Notes under the pieces: model-generated
Databases searched by the model: none
The model's input: only the letters and a program-made list of their open reading frames with translations
Told to the model about the DNA's origin: nothing
Shown: piece by piece, positions 1 through 10,453 of the stretch
Numbering within the stretch: position 1 is the first letter of the stretch
Layout of the letters: each line of letters begins with the position of its first letter
Position numbers and translations under genes: made by a program
Assembly: GCA_963713925.1 (NCBI GenBank)
Contig: OY970212.1
Coordinates: forward strand, 64,001-128,000
DNA: 64,000 bases
Source: an uncultured bacterium
GTDB lineage: Bacteria; Babelota; Babeliae; Babelales; Vermiphilaceae
Reading direction: 5' to 3'

Positions 1-1
1 A

Positions 2-1411
2 CAAACCGCGTTGAAAAATAGCGGTATCCGTTTGCCCGCAAAAAAAATCACCGTCAACCTTGCGCCTGCCGATCTCAAAAAAGAGGGGACTCTTTTTGAT
101 TTACCGATAGCGACCGCGATCTTATGTGCATCGGAAATCATTACTCTATCGCAAGAATTCATACAAGAAACTATTTTCATTGGCGAGTTATCTTTGGATG
201 GATCAATTCGAGCAGTCAAAGGGGTATTGCCCATTGCATCTGATGCAGTATTGCTTGGCAAAAAGCGAATGATTGTTCCGTTTGATAATAGATATGAAGC
301 AGCGCTCATTGAAGGTATTGAAGTCATTGGAGTGCACAGTCTGACTGAACTCATTGGTTATCTGCGCGGCGAAATTATAATAGTGCCCACACGAGAATCT
401 TTTGCACAATTAACCACAAAAGCAATCGCTGACGACACACTCGATTTTGCTCATGTAAAAGGCCAGGCTCATGCAAAACGGGCTTTAACAATAGCAGCCG
501 CGGGAAGACACAATATTTTATTTGTCGGGCCTCCGGGCGCCGGTAAAACAATGCTCGCGCGCAGATTGAGCGGCATAATGCCGGCTATGAGCTTTGATGA
601 AGTGTTGCAAACAAGTAAAATTTATTCGGTGAGCGGTAAGCTGCCCGGCGACCAATTGGTGCTCGGCAGACCTTTTCGAAATCCGCATCACACGATTTCT
701 CAAGCAGGGCTTGTCGGTGGAGGGTCATATCCACAGCCGGGAGAAATCAGCTTAGCTCACAATGGAATTTTGTTTTTAGATGAGCTGACTGAATTTAAGC
801 GAGATACATTGGAAGTGTTGCGTCAACCGCTTGAAAACAAAACCGTTTCAATCGCGCGCGTTCAACAATCAGTCCATTTTCCGGCGTCATTTTTATTGAT
901 AGCTGCTCTCAACCCATGCCCATGTGGGTATCTTGGCGATAAGAAAAAACCATGCACGTGTTCATCAGCACAAATTGAGCGATATCTCTCAAAACTTTCC
1001 GGACCTCTTCTTGATAGAATCGATCTTCAAATTAATATCGCTTCAATAGAATATGAACAAATTAAACAAACAAGCCCCGAGACAATCATAAGTTCCGCGC
1101 ACATGCGCGATTCCGTCGAAAGAGCCACGCAAGCACAGAAAAAGAGACAAAACGATGCCGCTCACTATGTCCCGAATGCATACCTCTCTCCTGAACAGGT
1201 TGAAAAAACATGCATTTTAACTGAAGGTGCAGAAGCGCTCATCAAAAAAGCATTTAACGCGCTCCATTTGAGTATGCGCGGATATCATAAAATTCTCAAA
1301 GTTGCCCGCACTATAGCTGATCTAAGTTCAAACGAATATATTGATGTTGCCCATATTCAAGAAGCAATTATGTATCGCTCTCTTGAGCAACTGGGAGAAT
1401 ATAAAAAATAA
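2..1411 (+). CDS. comM: YifB/ComM family Mg-chelatase-like AAA+ ATPase (5' end lies outside the window)
   Basis: ITVNLAPADLKKEG, GELSLDG, Walker A GPPGAGKT, PFRNPHHTIS, LFLDEL, NPCPCG, LSGPLLDRID. The frame is open from the window start. Confidence 0.95.
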   Translation, partial: QTALKNSGIRLPAKKITVNLAPADLKKEGTLFDLPIATAILCASEIITLSQEFIQETIFIGELSLDGSIRAVKGVLPIASDAVLLGKKRMIVPFDNRYEAALIEGIEVIGVHSLTELIGYLRGEIIIVPTRESFAQLTTKAIADDTLDFAHVKGQAHAKRALTIAAAGRHNILFVGPPGAGKTMLARRLSGIMPAMSFDEVLQTSKIYSVSGKLPGDQLVLGRPFRNPHHTISQAGLVGGGSYPQPGEISLAHNGILFLDELTEFKRDTLEVLRQPLENKTVSIARVQQSVHFPASFLLIAALNPCPCGYLGDKKKPCTCSSAQIERYLSKLSGPLLDRIDLQINIASIEYEQIKQTSPETIISSAHMRDSVERATQAQKKRQNDAAHYVPNAYLSPEQVEKTCILTEGAEALIKKAFNALHLSMRGYHKILKVARTIADLSSNEYIDVAHIQEAIMYRSLEQLGEYKK

Positions 1412-1767
1412 TGATTGTTGGCATCGGCACGGATATCATAGAAATTGACCGCTTTGCATCGTGGCGGTCACGACCCTACAAGCAGTTGCGGCGTATTTTT
1501 AGCCATGATGAAATAGGATATGCCCTTTCTAACCCCACAAAGGCTGCCGAGCGATTTGCAGCTCGGTTTGCAGCTCGAGAAGCCTTATATAAAGCAAGTT
1601 TCGGAATTATTAAGTCACTGCCGTTTTTGAGTTTATGTGCGCAAGTGAGCTTTTCCGGGCAGCCGGCCCGGCTTATCTTTGCTCCCTTGGCGGGATATAC
1701 CGTCCACGCCTCCTGGAGTCATAATGAATCTCACACCGTGGCATTCGTCATTATTGAAAAAATATAA
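1411..1767 (+). CDS. acpS: holo-[acyl-carrier-protein] synthase
   Basis: GIGTDIIEIDRF, ARFAAREA and SWSH motifs; 118 aa. Confidence 0.9.
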   Translation: MIVGIGTDIIEIDRFASWRSRPYKQLRRIFSHDEIGYALSNPTKAAERFAARFAAREALYKASFGIIKSLPFLSLCAQVSFSGQPARLIFAPLAGYTVHASWSHNESHTVAFVIIEKI

Positions 1768-1802
1768 AAATCCCGATTTTTAGCCGGTTTCCAAACAATT
1801 GA

Positions 1803-1830
1803 TTGACAAACAGTAGAAATGCTCTAATCT
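1803..1830 (+). promoter_or_regulatory. sigma70-like promoter for the tRNA
   Basis: Perfect TTGACA at 1803-1808 followed by a TAATCT-like -10, about 25 nt upstream of the tRNA. Confidence 0.5.
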
Positions 1831-1852
1831 GGGAATACATTTAACGTTCGAT

Positions 1853-1929
<77 letters not shown>

Positions 1930-2077
1930 AAAATCTCTTCTTTCCCCCCTATTATTTTCCATTCGAATTACATAATTTCTGGCTCACGCCGTTTATAACA
2001 ATTTTTCTTGTTTTTTCTCCTATCGAATGAGTAGTCTGACTTCTGATTTCAGTCTTTATCTCAGGAGTAAAAAATTT

Positions 2078-2497
2078 ATGATTCACCAGTTGTTTGCCCC
2101 CTATGCCCCTTACGCATTAAGCATTGTTCGCCTCCTTGTTGGTGTCACGTTCACCCTACATGGATCCCAAAAGGTATTTGGGTTTTTTGGTGGTTCAGGT
2201 TTAGAAGGCTTTGCAAACTATATTTCTTCGGCCTTCAAATTCCCAGGAATTTTGGGATATATCGCAGCCTTCATAGAATTCGGAGGCGGAATCTTGCTTA
2301 TTCTCGGCCTTTTTACACAATATGCTGCTCTTGCAATAATGCCTGTTATGCTCGTTGCTTTTTTTGAAGTTCATTTTAAAAATGGCTATTTTGCACAAAA
2401 TGGTGGTTTTGAATATGTTCTCAATCTCTTAGTTCTGCTATTCGTTTTAATCATTGGCAACTCCGATAAATTATCAATCATGAATGTGATTCGATAA
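2078..2497 (+). CDS. DoxX family membrane protein
   Basis: RLLVG..F..HGSQKVFG, EFGGG.LLILG and NGGFEY motifs; AGGAG RBS before ATG 2078. Confidence 0.88.
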   Translation: MIHQLFAPYAPYALSIVRLLVGVTFTLHGSQKVFGFFGGSGLEGFANYISSAFKFPGILGYIAAFIEFGGGILLILGLFTQYAALAIMPVMLVAFFEVHFKNGYFAQNGGFEYVLNLLVLLFVLIIGNSDKLSIMNVIR

Positions 2498-2536
2498 TCA
2501 ACACATCGCTAAAAAAAAGAGAATGAAGGAGAAACT

Positions 2537-3124
2537 ATGATCAAAAAAATCATTTTTCCCATTGCAATATGCGCGACGCTTCATCATCTATCGGCAGCTG
2601 ATAAAGATGAAGCAGGCAAGCCTTTTGCAAAAACTATCGCCCTAGCAAAAAAGCGACGCAACTCTGATGCATCTGTTCCATCACTATCTTTTGATCGGTC
2701 TCGTCCTCTATCGCCCGGCAGGGGTCTTAAGGAGAGGCAAGCGCGATCTCTTCCAACAAGTCCTAATTCGCATGATTATGACAATTTTTTCCTTAAAACA
2801 ACAGGTCCAGATATTGTCTATTTTCAACGAGAATTACTGGACTTAAATAAATCCTTGGGGATTACTTCCAAAACTGCCCTTAAGTTGTCTCTTGCAGTTG
2901 AAAACTACCGAAATCTCAAAAATAAAAAATTTGAACTGACAAAAAAACGCAATGAGGCGTTAAGTCTTTTCGATTCACAAGCCGCGGCTCTAGAAACTCA
3001 GATAGATCAAACGAAAGCCGATGTTTATGATCTTATTTCTAAAGGACGCACTACTATTCTCAAGAAAGTTTGTAAAAAACTTGAGGAGCTTACTGCAACC
3101 ACGAGTCAGCCTGATTCAAAATAG
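2537..3124 (+). CDS. hypothetical secreted protein with C-terminal coiled coil
   Basis: AAGGAG RBS, N-terminal signal-peptide-like segment, helical heptad C-terminus. Confidence 0.6.
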   Translation: MIKKIIFPIAICATLHHLSAADKDEAGKPFAKTIALAKKRRNSDASVPSLSFDRSRPLSPGRGLKERQARSLPTSPNSHDYDNFFLKTTGPDIVYFQRELLDLNKSLGITSKTALKLSLAVENYRNLKNKKFELTKKRNEALSLFDSQAAALETQIDQTKADVYDLISKGRTTILKKVCKKLEELTATTSQPDSK

Positions 3125-3503
3125 CGCGAGCATTATCATAGGTGAGCAAATTAAGGGCGTCTTTGTAACTCACCCATTTGTAACCGATATGTTCATCTGA
3201 AAGAACAACTGATTTCGATTTTACTTGACCCACAAAAAAGGTAACTTGCTTGTGGGCCGATTTTTTATCCATATAATCTTTAAAAGTATATGAGAGTGAT
3301 GAAGAAAATCCCGGCACTATCGTTGCCTCAAGCCCTGTTTCTTCTTTAAGTTCGCGAACAGCAGCTTGTTTTAACGTCTCGCCGGACTCAACTTTCCCTT
3401 TCGGGAAATCCCAATGGCCGGTCACATAATGCAACAATAAATACTCTCGAGAATCATTCTCTTGAAAAAAAATTACGATACCGGCTGAAAAATAATGTTT
3501 CAT
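3090..3503 (-). CDS. NUDIX hydrolase (Ap4A-hydrolase-like)
   Basis: WDFPKG plus Nudix box GKVESGETLKQAAVRELKEETG; LSDEH..YKW. Confidence 0.9.
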   Translation of the reverse strand: MKHYFSAGIVIFFQENDSREYLLLHYVTGHWDFPKGKVESGETLKQAAVRELKEETGLEATIVPGFSSSLSYTFKDYMDKKSAHKQVTFFVGQVKSKSVVLSDEHIGYKWVSYKDALNLLTYDNARAILNQADSWLQ

Positions 3504-3538
3504 GGTTAATTACAAGGACCTGTCATGGTTTTTGTGGA

Positions 3539-5101
3539 TCAAAAAAAATACATTTTTATTTTAAAAAAATGTCGCGTTGAATACAAGATCATATAATACA
3601 ATATGCCCAATGGTCCGACCCACAGCCAGAAACCAAAACCATACACCATAAATGACTGTATTTGAGTTGAGGCACAATGCAAAAATAAAAGTTTTATGGC
3701 ATAAAACAAAGCTAGTACGACACATGAGCAGAGTAATAGTTGAATCAAGAATTGTCTCAAGAAATGTGCAAGTTGCTTGGTAAAAATTGTTATATTATGC
3801 ACACACACCAAACTTCCTAAGAAAAGTACTGTCTGCAGGACGGCGGCGACCGTCGTGGCTAATGCTAAGCCCGGAATTTCAAATTGGGGCATAAGCAGAT
3901 AGTTCAAACCGATATTGACCAATGTTGAAATAACAGCAATAAATGCCGGCACCATTGTGTTATGCAATGAGTTAAATACATTCAAAAATATCTTATTAAT
4001 CGAGAGAAAAAAAAGCCCAATGACAGAAACGACAAGCACTCGTGAAGAACGAACCACTTGTTCTATAGGGAAGTGTTCTGAAAGAAAAAGCGTACTGAAG
4101 ATATCATATGAAAAAAAGATCATACCGATAGTCATGGGGATAGTAACCCAGACTATAAGCTTGATACTCTCGTGTACATAATAACTCAATCGTGAAGGTG
4201 CATAACTGCCAATGCGAGAAAAATGAGGCAGAAGAATGGTAGCAAATGAGGTAGAAAATACGCCAAGTGGAATTCCCATGAAACGAGTCGCATATGTTAA
4301 ACTTGATATACCCCCAACAACATAAGATGCAAATTCAGAATCGATAAAAAGACTCAATTCAGAAAGTGCAGCACTTGGAACAAATACAATAAATTTGAAA
4401 AATATACGTAAAAAAGAGGGGATATGATCTTGATATGCAGATGAAAACCAAAATCCGGCTTTTCTGTATGCAGCATAATGTACGGCAGTTTGGATCATGA
4501 CGCCGACGATAATAAATGCACATAACCATACGGGAGAAAGATTATAATAAATTCCCACCACAGCGCCAAAAATAAATACAAAATTCAAAAAAATAGGAGC
4601 TATGGAAGGAACAAAAAATCGTTGCACCGCCTGCAACACTCCGGCAAATAATGAGCTTGCGCAAATGAACATAATAAATGGCATTAAAATGCGCAGCATG
4701 GGAATGCTCATCTCAAGTTGCTGTTGATTAAAACCGGGAGCCAACAACTTTATAATCCAAGGGGCAATAAAAGCAGTGATGATGCATATGAGTGCAAGCA
4801 GAGATTGAAAAAGAATCAAACAAAGACTCAAAACACCGTTCACTTGATTGGTGTCGCCTTGGCGAATTGCTTGCACAACGCTTGGAATAAACGCAGATGA
4901 GAGCGCTCCTTCAGCGAAAATTTTTCTGAGAATATTAGGAATTCTAAACGCGGTCAAAAATGCGTCTGAAACAATACCGCTTCCCAAATAGCGCGCAAGC
5001 AATAGCTCTCGAACAAGACCAAACGCTCGACTTATCAAAGTGAGTGATCCTACTTGTACCGTTTTCTGCTGAATAGATCGTTTTGATAGAATCTCTGCCA
5101 T
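3539..5101 (-). CDS. murJ: lipid II flippase MurJ (MviN)
   Basis: SRAFGLVRE, DAFLTAFRIPNILRKIFAEGALSSAFIP; many TM helices. Confidence 0.93.
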   Translation of the reverse strand: MAEILSKRSIQQKTVQVGSLTLISRAFGLVRELLLARYLGSGIVSDAFLTAFRIPNILRKIFAEGALSSAFIPSVVQAIRQGDTNQVNGVLSLCLILFQSLLALICIITAFIAPWIIKLLAPGFNQQQLEMSIPMLRILMPFIMFICASSLFAGVLQAVQRFFVPSIAPIFLNFVFIFGAVVGIYYNLSPVWLCAFIIVGVMIQTAVHYAAYRKAGFWFSSAYQDHIPSFLRIFFKFIVFVPSAALSELSLFIDSEFASYVVGGISSLTYATRFMGIPLGVFSTSFATILLPHFSRIGSYAPSRLSYYVHESIKLIVWVTIPMTIGMIFFSYDIFSTLFLSEHFPIEQVVRSSRVLVVSVIGLFFLSINKIFLNVFNSLHNTMVPAFIAVISTLVNIGLNYLLMPQFEIPGLALATTVAAVLQTVLFLGSLVCVHNITIFTKQLAHFLRQFLIQLLLCSCVVLALFYAIKLLFLHCASTQIQSFMVYGFGFWLWVGPLGILYYMILYSTRHFFKIKMYFF

Positions 5102-5181
5102 GACTTTTTCCTTTTGTATTCACACACAAACCCCTTCTATCGTAGCTTTTTATATAGCTAATACAAGAGTTCAATGTGCCC

Positions 5182-5808
5182 TTAACCTATTGACACAACG
5201 TTCTCCAGAAAAGCGATCATATCTCGATCATGGGTTGCAACAATAAGGCCCATGCCATGCTCCTCTGATAATGAAATCAAAAGTGATGCAATGCCGCGTG
5301 CGCTATCAGGGTCTAAATGAGCAGTCGGCTCATCGGCAATCAAAAAAGGTGGCGAAAAAAACAGAGCGCGCGCAAGCGCTATCCGTTGCTGTTGTCCCCC
5401 CGAAAGTTGCCAGGGACTTACGTGAGCATGGGCGCGCAACCCGACCAGCGTGATGAGTTCCTCGGCTCTCTTTATCGCATCAGCCATTGGCACCCCCTCA
5501 ATTAAACCTGGGAGCGCGATATTTTCAAGCACCGAGAGCTCATTGATAAGAAATGGCGTTTGCAACATGAGGCCATATTGTTTTTGCTCGTATGAATGCG
5601 CAATGGTTCCGGAAGTTGGCATCTCAATTCCGACAATTAAATGGATGAGCGTAGATTTTCCACTGCCCGACGGACCTATCAATGCGTATCGATTTCCCTG
5701 TAAAAATTCATAAGAAAAATTATGGAGGCCTGTAAATCTTTGATGGCCAGCATGATACTGTTTTGTCAGATTCGTACAAATAATGGAACTTTTTTTCATG
5801 AAGAACAT
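5182..5808 (-). CDS. ABC transporter ATP-binding protein (LolD-like)
   Basis: GPSGSGKST, LSGGQQQR, IADEPTAHLD, ATHD. Confidence 0.88.
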   Translation of the reverse strand: MFFMKKSSIICTNLTKQYHAGHQRFTGLHNFSYEFLQGNRYALIGPSGSGKSTLIHLIVGIEMPTSGTIAHSYEQKQYGLMLQTPFLINELSVLENIALPGLIEGVPMADAIKRAEELITLVGLRAHAHVSPWQLSGGQQQRIALARALFFSPPFLIADEPTAHLDPDSARGIASLLISLSEEHGMGLIVATHDRDMIAFLENVVSIG

Positions 5809-5997
5809 CCTGTTTAGTTTTGCTATTATACCATTTTTTAATGAATTATTTGTTTAATTTTTTTAAAAAATAACCCAAATATGCTGCTTAAGTTGATCGC
5901 TTTAGTTAAATATTGTTTTACCCATATGCAGTTTCGTAGAATGAGACACAGGGATATGAAGCGGGGGTTGAATGCAGCTTCTACATTAGGGGGACAG

Positions 5998-8337
5998 ATG
6001 AAAACATTATTCAATAAAGATGTGCAAGAGACCATTCCGGAACTAGTGCCGGTCATACCAACACTTGATGTTGTCGTATTTCCGCACATGATTGTTCCGC
6101 TCATGGTCATGGATGAAAAAATCATCAAAGGTATTAACGATTCTTTAGAAGAGTCAAAATTAGTATTGTTGCTTGCAGCAAAAAAACTAACTGACAGCAC
6201 TGAACCGATCGGAACCAAAGATCTTTATACAGTGGGAACAATCGCATCGGTTATGCGTGTCATCAAAATCCCTGAAGGCGGAATCAAAATTTTGGTGCAA
6301 GGGATTTCAAAAGCTCGAGTGACTTCTTTAGTGCCGGAAAATGAAAGTCTCCATGCCCATATCGAACACATTGAAAACATTGTGAATCATGCCGAAATGT
6401 TAGCCGCTCAAATTAAAAATCTTAAAGCATTGAGTGAGCGTTTGGCTGGAAATTCAACTACGTTCAGCCCAGACTTTCATATTATTCTTGCAAAAATGAA
6501 CGACCCGGAAAAAATTGCTGATTTTATTCTCTCACATCTGACTTTGTCTGTTGATGAAGCTCAAAAACTTCTTGAAATGCAAGATCAACAAGAATTGCTT
6601 TCTGCTCTTTATACATACTTGCATAAAGAAATTGAAGTTGCCGAAATGCAAGAAAAAATCAGAAATAATGCGCGCGAATCCATGAATAAAGCGCAAAAAG
6701 AATTTTATTTACGTGAGCAAATTCGCGCAATAAAAAAAGAACTTGGTGAAGATGATTTTGAAGAAATCGATGTAATGCGGGAAAAATTAGCCCAACTTTC
6801 TCTTGCGTCTGACATTGAACTTGAAATTACTCGCCAAATCAATCGACTTGAAAAAACATCGCCAGATTCTATGGAAGCTGCTGTTATCAGAAATTATTTG
6901 GAATGGATCTTTGCATTACCCTGGCACACTGAAACCGTCGAAATCAAAGATATCGCCTTTGCTCACAAAGTCCTTGAAGAAGAACATTATGGATTACGCG
7001 AAATCAAAGACCGCATTTTAGACTTCATTTCCGTCAGACATTTAAAAGAAGATGGATATGCCCCTATTTTGTGTTTTGTCGGGCCTCCAGGAACAGGAAA
7101 AACATCTCTTGGTAAATCAATCGCGCGAAGCTTAGGTCGAAATTACGCCCGTATTTCACTCGGCGGCGTGAAAGACGAAGCTGAAATTCGAGGCCATCGC
7201 CGCACATACGTAGGCGCAATGCCGGGACGATTTATTCAAGCAATACGAAAAAGCGGCTCAAACAACCCACTGATTGTCATTGACGAGCTTGATAAAATTG
7301 GATCCGATTTTAGAGGAGATCCATCAGCAGCCATGCTTGAAGTGCTTGATCCTCAACAAAATAAAACCTTCTATGATAACTACTTGGGAGTTCCTTACGA
7401 CTTGTCTCGAGTTATGTTTGTTGCAACCGCAAACAGCCTTGACACTATTTCAGAACCACTTCGAGATCGAATGGAAATCATTGAATTAAGTGGATATACA
7501 ACGGATGAAAAATTACACATAACCAAAAATCACTTGATCAAGCGTTCGATCCAAGATATGGGACTCGAGAAACATCAAATACAATTCACTGATGCAGTAT
7601 TGTTTGACATTATCTCCAACTACACAAGAGAATCTGGAGTTCGCCAATGTGAGCGCCTTATTCGCAAGTTGTGTTCAAAGGTTGCTCGTTCATTGGTGGA
7701 AACAGAAAGCGTGTGTACGTTTGATGTGGAAAATCTGCCGAACTATCTTGGGCCGCGTCGCTTTGTTGAAGATGATGTGAGTCTTGAAGATCAAGTGGGA
7801 ATCACCAACGGCCTCGCCTACACTCCGTATGGCGGCGAAATGATCAAAATTGAAGCAATTTTAATGCCTGGTAAAGGAAAACTCACGCTCACAGGTAAAC
7901 TCGGCGACGTTATGAAAGAATCTGCTCAAGCGGCGATGAGTTATGCTCGTTGTCACGCGAAAGAATTCGGCATTAGCGAACGCGTGTTTACGCACAATGA
8001 TTTACATATTCACGTGCCGGCCGGAGCGGTTCCTAAAGATGGGCCATCAGCGGGAATCACCATTTTGACTTCGATTTTATCGGCGCTTACTCAACGCCCG
8101 ATCAATGCTCATTACGCAATGACGGGAGAATTGAATCTGCGTGGTGAAGTAATGCCTATCGGCGGAGTTAAAGAAAAAATCCTTGCCGCAAAACGAAACA
8201 AAGTAACTCACGTTATTTTGCCTGCCAAGAATAAACATGATCTTATGGGTATCGATGATGTGGTCAAAGATATCGAAGTTATCTTTGTATCTCACGCACA
8301 AGAAGTACTTGATAAAGTATTGATGCCATCTGCATAA
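5998..8337 (+). CDS. lon: ATP-dependent Lon protease
   Basis: GPPGTGKT, RGHRRTYVGAMPG, PKDGPSAG catalytic Ser, IGGVKEK. Start placed at ATG 5998 after a GGGGGA RBS. Confidence 0.97.
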   Translation: MKTLFNKDVQETIPELVPVIPTLDVVVFPHMIVPLMVMDEKIIKGINDSLEESKLVLLLAAKKLTDSTEPIGTKDLYTVGTIASVMRVIKIPEGGIKILVQGISKARVTSLVPENESLHAHIEHIENIVNHAEMLAAQIKNLKALSERLAGNSTTFSPDFHIILAKMNDPEKIADFILSHLTLSVDEAQKLLEMQDQQELLSALYTYLHKEIEVAEMQEKIRNNARESMNKAQKEFYLREQIRAIKKELGEDDFEEIDVMREKLAQLSLASDIELEITRQINRLEKTSPDSMEAAVIRNYLEWIFALPWHTETVEIKDIAFAHKVLEEEHYGLREIKDRILDFISVRHLKEDGYAPILCFVGPPGTGKTSLGKSIARSLGRNYARISLGGVKDEAEIRGHRRTYVGAMPGRFIQAIRKSGSNNPLIVIDELDKIGSDFRGDPSAAMLEVLDPQQNKTFYDNYLGVPYDLSRVMFVATANSLDTISEPLRDRMEIIELSGYTTDEKLHITKNHLIKRSIQDMGLEKHQIQFTDAVLFDIISNYTRESGVRQCERLIRKLCSKVARSLVETESVCTFDVENLPNYLGPRRFVEDDVSLEDQVGITNGLAYTPYGGEMIKIEAILMPGKGKLTLTGKLGDVMKESAQAAMSYARCHAKEFGISERVFTHNDLHIHVPAGAVPKDGPSAGITILTSILSALTQRPINAHYAMTGELNLRGEVMPIGGVKEKILAAKRNKVTHVILPAKNKHDLMGIDDVVKDIEVIFVSHAQEVLDKVLMPSA

Positions 8338-8346
8338 GCAATTGAG

Positions 8347-8389
8347 AAAAAAGAAGAGTCGAGCTTGAATAACTCGGCTCTTCTTTTTT
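8347..8389. terminator. bidirectional intrinsic terminator
   Basis: AAAAAAGAAGAGTCGAG-loop-CTCGGCTCTTCTTTTTT between convergent genes. Confidence 0.8.
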
Positions 8390-8404
8390 CATAAAGATAT
8401 CGAT

Positions 8405-8917
8405 TTAAACTTTTTCACCGGTCGCCCAACTCCTTACTGAATAACCGGCTACCTTAATGCGGACCGTTTTTTCATCAAAACTTATTTGCCTAAATGCTCT
8501 AAAAAGTATTTCTAGCACTGATTTTTGCGATTCTTTTTCAATCGTGGGTCGTACCCATCCGTTAAAAAAAAGAGCATCTTCTTGTTTTGTCGTAAGTCGT
8601 TTGTTTTCTCTATACTTGCCCCAATCACATGGATAATGATCTTGATATTCGACATAGCGAGCCGAACTGTGTTGTAACAATGCGGCCGGCAGTTTGTAAT
8701 AATGAACTTTTTGATTTCGTATTTCACAAGCTTGAGACAAAAGATAGTCATAAATTTTATGGGGACTAATAGTTAATACCACTTTATTTTTCGGCTCTTG
8801 AGCATCGAACGCCAAATACACATATTGTGTTTTCTCCTCCTTTTTCTCGGGAAGATCTGCCGAACAAATCGTATTGGCCCAAAGCATTGTCGCCGATATA
8901 ACAAATAATTGCTTCAT
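8405..8917 (-). CDS. hypothetical secreted protein
   Basis: Signal-peptide-like N-terminus; AAGGA RBS; 170 aa. Confidence 0.55.
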   Translation of the reverse strand: MKQLFVISATMLWANTICSADLPEKKEEKTQYVYLAFDAQEPKNKVVLTISPHKIYDYLLSQACEIRNQKVHYYKLPAALLQHSSARYVEYQDHYPCDWGKYRENKRLTTKQEDALFFNGWVRPTIEKESQKSVLEILFRAFRQISFDEKTVRIKVAGYSVRSWATGEKV

Positions 8918-8928
8918 TCATCATCCTT

Positions 8929-10290
8929 TTAACAAATGATTTCATTTTTCTCTATCGCCTTATCCCGTTGGCCTGAAATTGCCAGAGCGATCACAATCCA
9001 CACACACAACAAAGTAAAGCTCCCAAAAGATGTAAGTTGAAAGAAAAGGAGGTTGCCAAGCGTATATCTTGAAAGCCCGGTCAACGACCCAAATGCCTTC
9101 GCTCCTCCAAGGCCAAACGTTTCTATCCAGGTCTGGCTCTGATACTTCACATCAGTTGTAGTGGGAATATACAGTTGCTTAATTGAAGGGGCGTTTAAAG
9201 AATAATTAACTGCTTTTGCAATGATGAGCGCAACCATGACAACAGTAATAGTTGGCACAAAATAAAACAGCATCAATGCGCCAATCGTGCAGATAAATGC
9301 CACGATAAATGCGTTTCGTATCCCATATATTCTCTGAACATTATTAATACCAAATAAGAGAAGTAAGAAGGTGACTACGTTAATTCCAAGCGCATACCGC
9401 GACAAAAGAGCGGACGCTCCTTCAATATTTGAAAATGAGGAGAATACCATCGTTTTGAAATTGAGATCGAGGGTGGTGATTACATATTCAAAAAAAAGAA
9501 CGAGCAGGGCTATCCCCGTCAAATATTTATACATCCAAATAAGTTTAAAGCCTTCCAGTAAGCCCAACTCTTTTCGATGAGCCACTTGTGCGCTCGCAGT
9601 TCCGTGATAACCTTCCATGCTTTTTTTTGAAATGGTTGAAACAAGAACATGCATAATGCCCGCCGCTAGAAGAAGAAAGAGGAATGCGCACCCGATAAAC
9701 GCGATTTGTGAAACATGTAATGATGACCGTAAGGCAGACAATGCCGATGGTATAACAATGCCGCCAAACTGTCCCAGCATGACAATAAAACCGAATCCTT
9801 TTCGAGCCTCGGCCTGACTTGAAACATCAACAACAAATGCCCAAAAAGTGGCGACAACAAGAGCATTAAAACTCTCAACGCAGAGAAACCATAACCATCC
9901 CGACCAATAAAAAGGACTTGGAACACCAGCGAACTGGTTGAAAGAAAAAAAGAGAAAAAAAAGGAGAAAGAGAATGGAATAGAGCGTGGTAATAATATAA
10001 AAGGCGGTTGCTTTTTGATACCGATTTAAAACCCGTCCATATACAATCGTACTCGGAATTAAAACCAATAGCGCGATAATGCGCGCCCAAATAAAGTAAC
10101 TTTCACGCGCTTGACGGTCAGCACATGAGGCAAACCCTATAATTCGCTCACAAAAAAGGGTATCTCGCACCGGCATCAACGACCACATAATGCCTACGAT
10201 AATGGCAAATATGCTCCCAAGAAGCGTAAATTTATATAGTTCTTGATCGGTGAAGTTACCGTAATATTTTTTAATGAATCCAAAAATCAT
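8929..10290 (-). CDS. Npt/Tlc-family nucleotide (ATP/ADP-type) translocase
   Basis: About 12 TM segments; ELYKF..LG, RDTLF, FWAF..D....EARKGF, KAVNYSLNAP..KQLYIPTT.DVKY...WIETFG. Confidence 0.82.
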   Translation of the reverse strand: MIFGFIKKYYGNFTDQELYKFTLLGSIFAIIVGIMWSLMPVRDTLFCERIIGFASCADRQARESYFIWARIIALLVLIPSTIVYGRVLNRYQKATAFYIITTLYSILFLLFFLFFSFNQFAGVPSPFYWSGWLWFLCVESFNALVVATFWAFVVDVSSQAEARKGFGFIVMLGQFGGIVIPSALSALRSSLHVSQIAFIGCAFLFLLLAAGIMHVLVSTISKKSMEGYHGTASAQVAHRKELGLLEGFKLIWMYKYLTGIALLVLFFEYVITTLDLNFKTMVFSSFSNIEGASALLSRYALGINVVTFLLLLFGINNVQRIYGIRNAFIVAFICTIGALMLFYFVPTITVVMVALIIAKAVNYSLNAPSIKQLYIPTTTDVKYQSQTWIETFGLGGAKAFGSLTGLSRYTLGNLLFFQLTSFGSFTLLCVWIVIALAISGQRDKAIEKNEIIC

Positions 10291-10453
10291 GTGACCTGCT
10301 ATCAATTAATGATATCTATTACCATATCAGACAGACAAAAGAAGATGAAGTAAATAGAATCTTTGGTGTAACACTAAAAACCCGACCTTCACATTCGCGC
10401 AAAGGCATGGTAAATTCCTGCCGAAATGGACTTCATATAACGAGAGTCGGCAC

